The notes under the pieces are model-generated. The model did no database searches and had not been told where the DNA came from. It was given only the letters and a program-made list of their open reading frames with translations. Below are positions 35,423 to 41,237 of a stretch of 41,237 nt of DNA, one piece after another. Source of the DNA: Candidatus Micrarchaeota archaeon (lineage in GTDB: Archaea > Micrarchaeota > Micrarchaeia > Micrarchaeales > Micrarchaeaceae); the NCBI GenBank assembly GCA_021800135.1, contig JAJYZH010000001.1:1-41237 (forward strand), read 5' to 3'. The first letter of the stretch is position 1. Every line of letters begins with the position of its first letter. Both the position numbers and the translations under genes were made by a program.

Positions 35423-36526
35423 TCACATCGCGTTATTCGCCCCCTTCTTCCTTGATATATGCAGTGCTATTATTGAATCGGCATGTTGCGAGAGTATGAC
35501 TCCGATTATCCTTTTGCCATCTGTTACTGCTGCTATGCTTGAGTTCTCCTGCTGCATATTTTCCAATGCCTTGACTAGCTTTTCCCTGTATTTTATTACG
35601 GCGATTTTAGTGCCAAACTGTGAAATGGGACGTGACATAAGCTCCTTTGTTTTTGCGTCATGCATAAATGGCAGTTTTTGGGGAAGCCTTACGATCTTTA
35701 CTGCAGGGCCGTCCCTGAACAGCAAGATGCTAGTGCGTGATTTCAGTATTTTCTTGTAGATTGCGGGCAGTCTCGAGTTTTTGTCCACTAGGAGGAAGTT
35801 GCGGCTCAGCGCATCCTTTACGCGAAGGTCTGAAGCATAAGTCTTAACGTATGCCGATTGGAGCTCTGCCTGCGAACCCGAGTAGAGGAACATGACAATG
35901 AAGATATCATAGAACACCAGGAACTCCCTGCTTACCAGGCTGTATCCGGTCGCGTATATTGCAAATATTATTGTCCCTATTACGAAAAGCGCCAGGACTA
36001 TGTTGCTGACCTTTACTGTGATCTTTGTTGCCTCCAGGTATTGGCGTTTCCTTTCCAGATACGCCCTGAACACCCTGCCCCCGTCTAGAGGGAATCCCGG
36101 CATTATGTTGAATACTCCGAGCAGAAGATTTATTTCTGCGGTAAACACTACAGTCTGCCTTATCATGCCCAATGGCGAGAAGGGTATGAGCAGCAGGAAC
36201 GCCGCCCCTATTACGAAGCTTGCGATTGGGCCTGCCAACGCTATGTTGAATTCTTGATTCGGCTTTACTGTATCAAGGTCCATCACAGATATGCCTCCGA
36301 TAGGGAGCAGCACTATCTTTTTTACCTTTATCTTATAGTGCTGTGATGTAATCGAATGGGAGAGCTCGTGGAGCAGTACGCATATGAATAGTATGACGAA
36401 AAGTACGAAGGTATATAGGCTGAGTATCAAAACAAAAAGCAGAAGAAGCAGAAATGACCAGTGGAGCTCTATCTCTATCCCTGCTATCCTGCCTATTGTA
36501 GGTGAAAACCCCGCCATGCGTATCAT
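35423..36526 (-). CDS. Site-2 protease family (M50) zinc metalloprotease with C-terminal CBS pair
   Basis: GIEIELHWSF start, HELSH zinc motif, PGFPLDGGR, then CBS-like repeats. I start at ATG 36526 (MIRMAGFS...). The track ORF extends to 36742 but overlaps the divergent gene and promoter. Confidence 0.75.
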   Translation of the reverse strand: MIRMAGFSPTIGRIAGIEIELHWSFLLLLLFVLILSLYTFVLFVILFICVLLHELSHSITSQHYKIKVKKIVLLPIGGISVMDLDTVKPNQEFNIALAGPIASFVIGAAFLLLIPFSPLGMIRQTVVFTAEINLLLGVFNIMPGFPLDGGRVFRAYLERKRQYLEATKITVKVSNIVLALFVIGTIIFAIYATGYSLVSREFLVFYDIFIVMFLYSGSQAELQSAYVKTYASDLRVKDALSRNFLLVDKNSRLPAIYKKILKSRTSILLFRDGPAVKIVRLPQKLPFMHDAKTKELMSRPISQFGTKIAVIKYREKLVKALENMQQENSSIAAVTDGKRIIGVILSQHADSIIALHISRKKGANNAM

Positions 36527-36553
36527 AGAGATTGAAGTATTAACTACCTTATC

Positions 36554-37381
36554 ATGAAAAAAGTATATAATAAATTGGAGGATTGGCTGTTGCCTGGTGC
36601 GCTTATGAAAGATAAGAAAGAGGAGCTTATGTTCGTATTCGGTGAGCCGGCATTGGTCATAGAAGAGGGAGGGCGGAGATATCTCGTAGTAGGGGACCTG
36701 CACATAGGGCTTGAAGCCAAACTCAGGGAGAAGGGGGTCCACGTATATGGACTCGCTGAGAAGATGGCAGAGAGGATAAGGCTGCTAATGGAGGAATTTA
36801 ATGCCGGCACACTTATAATACTGGGCGATGTGAAGGACAGCATTTTATATTCGGATTCTTATGAGGCAAAATCCATCAAATCGTTTTTTAGGTTGCTTGA
36901 TGGAGTCGATATAAGGATAGCCGAGGGGAACCATGATGCACATCTCGGCGAGATGATAACGCTGCCGCGTGAGAAGGAGATTATATTGGGCAAGTATGCG
37001 CTGCTGCATGGCAATGCGTTTCCCGATGAGAGGGCAATGGTGTGCGATTACATAATAACCGCCCACAACCACGTGAGCGTAAGCATAAAGGACATTAAGG
37101 GAACAGTTTACAGGTATAAGGCGTGGATGATTTCAAAAGTGTCAAAGAATGCAGGCAAGTATTATGATAGATACAAAAAAAATTCCAGGCTGATATCCAT
37201 GCCTGCATTCAACGAGCTCATAATCGGCACAGGAGTGGAGCAGTTTTCTAAGAAGGATAACCTGAATCCGTTGCTTAGGAATGGCATATTCGAGTACACT
37301 AAAGCAGAGGTATATCTGCTTAATGGAGACAGGGTAGGGACTCTGGCTTCCATCAGGGGCAGTGGATTCATTCGTTCCTGA
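36554..37381 (+). CDS. Calcineurin-like metallophosphoesterase (ICC/COG1407-like)
   Basis: Motifs appear in order: VVGDLHIG, ILGDVKD, GNHD, LLHGN, AHNH. The start is uncertain: ATG 36554, TTG 36590 (8 nt after GGAGG) or ATG 36605. Confidence 0.7.
   Translation: MKKVYNKLEDWLLPGALMKDKKEELMFVFGEPALVIEEGGRRYLVVGDLHIGLEAKLREKGVHVYGLAEKMAERIRLLMEEFNAGTLIILGDVKDSILYSDSYEAKSIKSFFRLLDGVDIRIAEGNHDAHLGEMITLPREKEIILGKYALLHGNAFPDERAMVCDYIITAHNHVSVSIKDIKGTVYRYKAWMISKVSKNAGKYYDRYKKNSRLISMPAFNELIIGTGVEQFSKKDNLNPLLRNGIFEYTKAEVYLLNGDRVGTLASIRGSGFIRS
36561..36574. promoter_or_regulatory. Candidate bidirectional TATA element between the M50 protease and metallophosphoesterase genes
   Basis: AAGTATATAATAAA lies about 35-45 nt from ATG 36526 (minus strand) and about 30-40 nt from ATG 36605 (plus strand). 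Confidence 0.3.
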
Positions 37382-37553
37382 TTATTGTTATTGGAATCAC
37401 TCCCCTTTCGAATTCCACTTCGGCCAGATTAAGCGGGCTTATCACTCCATCCGGAACCTCTATCAACGGCGGAGCACCATATGCAAGCTGAAGCGCCCGG
37501 GCCCCTATTATCCTTGCCTTTTCGTATTTTGTGTATTCTTCTTTTCCCTGCAT
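37368..37553 (-). CDS. rpoK: DNA-directed RNA polymerase subunit K (Rpo6)
   Basis: 61 aa with TKYEKARIIGARALQLAYGAPPLIE, the Rpb6/omega-like signature. Confidence 0.88.
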   Translation of the reverse strand: MQGKEEYTKYEKARIIGARALQLAYGAPPLIEVPDGVISPLNLAEVEFERGVIPITIIRNE

Positions 37554-37572
37554 TCTATCATCTGGAATAGCG

Positions 37573-39015
37573 TCATACCGGATTTGGTTTGAACTTCTCT
37601 TTGAACTCCTTGACTTCCTCCCCTATCCTGCCCTTCCACGCGATGAAATCCTTTGGATCCGTGGGGTACTTCTCGTAGATGGCGTTTATCTCCTTCATCT
37701 TGCCTACCACATAGAGCAGGTTCTTAAAAGTGTTTATATTAGAGGCGCCTTGCAGTACCATCTTGAACTTTGTAGAGAGGTTCAGTTCTGGTACAAGTCC
37801 GTAACTAAGCTGCTTAGCCTCCTGCGCAGTGAGGAACATCTTCATGCCGTAATTTATAAGGTCATTGTTAAGAGACTGCAAGTATACGCGGAATACCTCA
37901 AGGCTTGCGCTCTTCTTACCGTAGTGCTCGTTAAAGTCCACATTATACTTCCATAAGCCCTTTACGCTAAAGTCCCCTTTGTTTATGGATTCTGCAGCGT
38001 TTATTCCGGCAAGGACTCCGGCGGTTAGGGCAGGGCCTATGCCTCCTGCGCTTATGGGATTTGGCATCGCCATGCTATCTCCGGCACCCAGATAGCCATT
38101 GAAGGTAAGCGCCTCCATCTGATGGCGCACTGCTACCGACCAATAGCCCTCGCCCCCGTTAGGCCCTTCTGTGAATAACCTGAGGTTTTTGAACACGGGA
38201 TTAGTCACTGCATATTCTTTCATCAGTGTTTGAAGCGTATCTTTTTTGTTGAATTTCTTGTTCCTTATCTCGAGGCTCTTCTTCTGGACCCCTATGCCTA
38301 CATTTGCCCTGTTTCCCTTCTTCGGGAAGACCCAGCCGTATCCACCAGGGGATATGTTCTGGTTTAGGTGAATTAGGGCATACTCCCTATTGAAGTAAAG
38401 CGGGTCTTCATGATCCAAATCAAATTCGTACAGGAACCTCCCGGTGAGCTCCAGGTCGTTTATGTCGACCATCTTTTCCACATATTCGTTGTTAGGCAAC
38501 AGCCTTCTCAAGGTAGTTGATATGCCCAAGGCGTCTATTACAACCTTTGCCTTGAATTCCTTGTGCTCCACGCTTTCATTCTTGCCGGCTATCCCCGTCA
38601 CGAAATTATTCTCGACCAGCGGCCTTTCCACCTCGAACTTAGGCATGTATTCGACTCCATTCTTAAGGGCTGTTTCAAGCAACTTTCCCTCGAAAAGGGG
38701 CCTGTTGAGTATATACCCTGCGCCTTCGTCGAAAAGTATCTTTGATTTGAAGTCAGGAGATATAGCGTATACGCCCTCAACCCTAAGATCGAGCTCAGGA
38801 TATGAGAATTTTGTCCCGAGGTTCTTATTTATAAAGTCAAGGTGCGATTCTGCCACCGCATCACCGCATACCCAGCCCCAGTTCGTCTTCCTGCCTACGT
38901 TCTCCTTGTCGTTCCTGTCGAGCATGAGCACCTTCATACCATTCTTGGCTGCCATCGCTGCGGCAGGCAAACCTGACATGCCTGCTCCTGCCACTATAAC
39001 GTCATATACTTCCAT
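37573..39015 (-). CDS. FAD-dependent geranylgeranyl reductase family oxidoreductase
   Basis: YDVIVAGAGMSGLPAA dinucleotide-binding fold, LDRN, later GDAV and GGIGPA motifs, plus a C-terminal extension beyond the core reductase. The track ORF starts at TTG 39027; ATG 39015 is preferred. Confidence 0.75.
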   Translation of the reverse strand: MEVYDVIVAGAGMSGLPAAAMAAKNGMKVLMLDRNDKENVGRKTNWGWVCGDAVAESHLDFINKNLGTKFSYPELDLRVEGVYAISPDFKSKILFDEGAGYILNRPLFEGKLLETALKNGVEYMPKFEVERPLVENNFVTGIAGKNESVEHKEFKAKVVIDALGISTTLRRLLPNNEYVEKMVDINDLELTGRFLYEFDLDHEDPLYFNREYALIHLNQNISPGGYGWVFPKKGNRANVGIGVQKKSLEIRNKKFNKKDTLQTLMKEYAVTNPVFKNLRLFTEGPNGGEGYWSVAVRHQMEALTFNGYLGAGDSMAMPNPISAGGIGPALTAGVLAGINAAESINKGDFSVKGLWKYNVDFNEHYGKKSASLEVFRVYLQSLNNDLINYGMKMFLTAQEAKQLSYGLVPELNLSTKFKMVLQGASNINTFKNLLYVVGKMKEINAIYEKYPTDPKDFIAWKGRIGEEVKEFKEKFKPNPV

Positions 39016-39041
39016 GTTCACACGCAAAAATCGCAGATGAA

Positions 39042-39051
39042 CCTTATATAG
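39042..39051 (-). promoter_or_regulatory. Candidate TATA box for the geranylgeranyl reductase gene
   Basis: The minus strand reads CTATATAAGG, 27-36 nt upstream of ATG 39015. Confidence 0.35.
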
Positions 39052-39207
39052 AACAATACCTTATTTAACCTTTTTGCTTCGGTGCTTTTTGCCCCTTATT
39101 GACGCCCGCTCAGGCATTTAATTGCATGTTTTGTAATCCGCGTAAATCACAACGCGCATAAAGCACACTGTCCTTCGTTTGCTGTTTGGGTTTGCTTGGA
39201 TTGGATT

Positions 39208-39265
39208 TGCAGGGGGAGGGATTCGAACTCTCGAACTCGCTAGGGGTTTGAGAGTGTCTTCTAGC
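39208..39265 (-). pseudogene. tRNA-like 3' fragment: hairpin, variable region, T-arm and 3' acceptor strand without a 5' partner
   Basis: The minus strand reads GCUAG-(17 nt)-CUAGC GAGUUC GAGAG-UUCGAAU-CCCUC CCCCUGC A. The T-arm has one A.C mismatch. The required 5' acceptor strand GCAGGGG (or G.U variants) is absent from the following 200 nt. Confidence 0.45.
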
Positions 39266-39381
39266 TGTTTCACGCCTATATTTCTAGCCATATTTCACAC
39301 CAAAAACAAACATAATTCTAAGCCCGAGCAGATTCATCTGAACCATAGCTATTGGCCTAGCAGGATATATAAGCGGACACG

Positions 39382-39406
39382 GTTCAGATTTCCAGAAAAT
39401 CTGAAC
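39382..39406 (-). terminator. Perfect 10-bp hairpin immediately 3' of the 39412..41061 gene
   Basis: GTTCAGATTT-CCAGA-AAATCTGAAC begins 6 nt past the stop codon on the minus strand. Confidence 0.4.
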
Positions 39407-39411
39407 TATCC

Positions 39412-41061
39412 TTAATTCGACACCGCAGAGTTCTGATAGCTTTGAGGACAGACTGCTGCCAGTTCAATTACAAACCAAGTTTCATTTGATGTTTCCACGC
39501 TGCAACCATATTGTGCAAAATACTGTTGTATGTTTATATTCGGCCCTGGGATTTCTGTTACTGGGCACTCCGCGCCATATCCACCCCCAGGCCCTAAAAT
39601 CACATAAGTAGGGCCATTTGCAATATAATAACCGTAATATGTAAGATTTGTATCAATTAATTCTTGCCAATGTCCAGGTGCCGTTTCCATAATTTGAGTA
39701 GTATAATTATTTGAGGTTGAACCACTTGGATAGAATACTTCTTCTCCAAATGCGGTGTATATTTCATCCCCATAAGTATATCCGTCAGGCCAGTAACTAT
39801 TGAAATCTTGTGCATATCCATAATGGCTGATCCCATAATCAGTAACCATAGTGTTAAATCTAGTTTTTGCAAATGTGCTTAAAACCGGGCAATAGTTATA
39901 TTGGCTGCCACGTTCTCTGCTAACATTTTCAAAGAACTCAGTTGCCCAGGTATCATTAATTTGTGGTGGTAGTAAGTTCAACGAATTTATACTATTGCTT
40001 ATTTGACCAATAACATTTGGTATATTATTTACTAATGTGTTATTGAAGTTTGATGAATTCGGATTAGTTGAGCTTGATTGATTTACATTTTGAATTATAG
40101 ATGAAAAATGTAAACTTAGATTGCCTAAGACAAAAATTACAAAAACCACCAAAAGTATTTTTACAGAATAGATCACAATCTTTTGTATTTTTGTATAAGC
40201 TCTGCCAGATAACCATTTGCCTATAAGATTACCAACATAAGTAGACGCAAATATTATTGCAAAGATTTCCATGAAATTGAATATACTTAAAATTCTCGAA
40301 AAATTTACTATGTATAGCAGCAACGTAGAATTTATTATTGCAATACATAAAACAGCCCAATACCTTATCCTTCTATAAACAATCTTACTATAGAAAAGCG
40401 ATATTACAACAATAACGATGAAATCTGACAAGAAGGCATAGGATTCGATCAGTCCTAAGCTTAATTTGTTAAATCCGCTGATTATTAGTAGACCTATAGA
40501 AAGCGTGGCGATTACACATAGTATTATCGCAAAAACGATAGAAAACTTTATCAGAGAGATGTCGTAAATATTCTCTAATTTAGAAGGCTTTGTTGTTCTA
40601 TTTGAGTTATATTGGTTTGTATAACTGTAAGTTTCTGCGCTTGAATTTGATACCGTATAATGTTTGGATGGCTTTTGATATGTTCTTCCAGAGCTATTTT
40701 TTCCAAATAGAATATCGTATGCTCGATTGGTATTTTCGTAATTTTGTTTAGATTTTTTGATGTGTTCTTCATTCCAAAATTCTGTATATGCGGCGCACGG
40801 ATGTCCGTCTTTTCTATTCCAATCATCATTATATTTTTTATATTTTTCATAATCGCTCCTATCCAATGATAGTTTTTGGTGCAAGCTCATCGAAATAATT
40901 GGTTTAGTATGTGTTGTGCAATAGTTATGTTTGCAATATTTGCATATGCTAGAAGCTGGCTTAAAGCATTGATTAGCTGAGCATTCTTGAGCGTCTACAT
41001 TTTTCTCCTTTGTAGATATACCAATCCTTTTCCTAGAAGCTTCTATATCTTCTTCGCTCAT
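39412..41061 (-). CDS. Multi-domain membrane protein: N-terminal Cys/His zinc-finger-like region, polytopic TM block, Asn/Ser-rich linker, C-terminal CAP/SCP(YkwD)-like extracellular domain
   Basis: C-x4-C-x7-C-x2-C-x4-C-x2-H cluster (CSANQCFKPASSICKYCKHNYCTTH). About 5-6 hydrophobic helices follow. The C-terminal domain carries, in order, NVSRERG, ISHYG, FGEEVF and APGHWQELID...YYGYYIANG, resembling the CAP-family pattern (N-x-R-x-G, H, GEN, S-x-GH-x-x-N-I-L, G-x-G). The track ORF starts at TTG 41067; ATG 41061 is preferred. Confidence 0.55.
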   Translation of the reverse strand: MSEEDIEASRKRIGISTKEKNVDAQECSANQCFKPASSICKYCKHNYCTTHTKPIISMSLHQKLSLDRSDYEKYKKYNDDWNRKDGHPCAAYTEFWNEEHIKKSKQNYENTNRAYDILFGKNSSGRTYQKPSKHYTVSNSSAETYSYTNQYNSNRTTKPSKLENIYDISLIKFSIVFAIILCVIATLSIGLLIISGFNKLSLGLIESYAFLSDFIVIVVISLFYSKIVYRRIRYWAVLCIAIINSTLLLYIVNFSRILSIFNFMEIFAIIFASTYVGNLIGKWLSGRAYTKIQKIVIYSVKILLVVFVIFVLGNLSLHFSSIIQNVNQSSSTNPNSSNFNNTLVNNIPNVIGQISNSINSLNLLPPQINDTWATEFFENVSRERGSQYNYCPVLSTFAKTRFNTMVTDYGISHYGYAQDFNSYWPDGYTYGDEIYTAFGEEVFYPSGSTSNNYTTQIMETAPGHWQELIDTNLTYYGYYIANGPTYVILGPGGGYGAECPVTEIPGPNINIQQYFAQYGCSVETSNETWFVIELAAVCPQSYQNSAVSN

Positions 41062-41152
41062 CCCCAAATAATCCTCTTGTTTCCCGTATTCATAAGTTAT
41101 ATGAGAACCGAAGGTTTAAATCTTTTCCAAGGAACACCTACAATCCTTAAAC

Positions 41153-41237
41153 TACGCCAGCCCGTGCGCCTACGGCTTACGAGGGCTAGCATCCCAACGG
41201 ACTGTAAGCTAGTTACCTAGTAGATACAAGGAACCTT
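41153..41237. other. GC-rich structured segment in AT-rich flank, cut by the window end; possible ncRNA 5' or 3' portion
   Basis: GCCAGCCC (41156-63) pairs with GGGCUAGC (41183-90) around an inner GCC-UAC-GGC hairpin. Alternatively CUAGC (41186-90) pairs with GCUAG (41208-12). There is no convincing ORF. Confidence 0.2.

Noticed and set aside
36527-36742. 72-codon N-terminal extension of the M50 protease ORF
   Set aside because: It overlaps the divergent metallophosphoesterase gene start and the TATA-like element. The family normally begins just before the G-I-x-I-x-L-H-W segment, which follows ATG 36526.
41130-41237. Possible tRNA at the right edge: a Gly-CCC-like loop AUCCCAA on the plus strand, or a Val-UAC-like loop on the minus strand, each with a small intron
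   Set aside because: Neither strand yields a matching acceptor stem, D-arm with GG, or T-arm within the available sequence. It is kept only as an unclassified structured segment.
1-41237. Search for CRISPR arrays, IS elements/transposases, integrases, toxin-antitoxin pairs or known defence genes
   Set aside because: I found no regularly spaced direct repeats and no DDE/serine/tyrosine recombinase-like ORFs. I also found no small paired ORFs with TA-like features. The only repeats are the 9-nt coding repeat in rpl7ae and the short inverted 9-mers near 39.35 kb.

Overview
This is an archaeal chromosomal segment, identified by e-type ribosomal proteins, RNA polymerase subunits D/N/K, aEF-2, aIF6, prefoldin, deoxyhypusine synthase and ether-lipid enzymes. 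It is tightly packed with core information-processing and cell-biology genes. I call about 45 protein genes, including two small ribosomal protein genes missing from the ORF track (rpl39e at 16392..16550 and rpl24e at 25859..26011). I also call three tRNAs, one tRNA-like fragment and a few promoter or terminator candidates. Three conserved clusters are present: rpoD-tRNALeu-rpl18e-rpl13-rps9-rpoN-tRNAPro-rps2 (5.2-8.2 kb, + strand); rps19e-PDCD5-like-rpl39e-rpl31e-aIF6-pfdA-ftsY (17.3-13.7 kb, - strand); and rpl30e-rps12-rps7-EF-2, then rpl7ae-rps28e-rpl24e (30.8-25.9 kb, - strand). Other calls include smc, ftsZ, ADP-forming acetyl-CoA synthetase, signal peptidase, site-2 protease, DGGGP synthase-like prenyltransferase, geranylgeranyl reductase, a type IV pilus-type ATPase and a pilin-like protein. 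The two window ends (about 1-5 kb and 39.3-41.1 kb) are visibly more AT-rich and encode envelope or surface proteins. I see no CRISPR array, transposase, integrase or recognisable multi-gene defence system, and I cannot support a claim of a new multi-gene system here. The most unusual signals are RNA-level. Two of the three tRNAs (Pro-GGG, Arg-UCG) carry introns inside the T-loop. An orphan tRNA 3' half sits exactly where core DNA meets the AT-rich right-hand segment. Several ribosomal proteins carry low-complexity charged extensions. Lineage cannot be determined from sequence alone; T-loop introns and the extended r-proteins would fit a DPANN/ARMAN-like or similarly divergent archaeon, but that is a guess.
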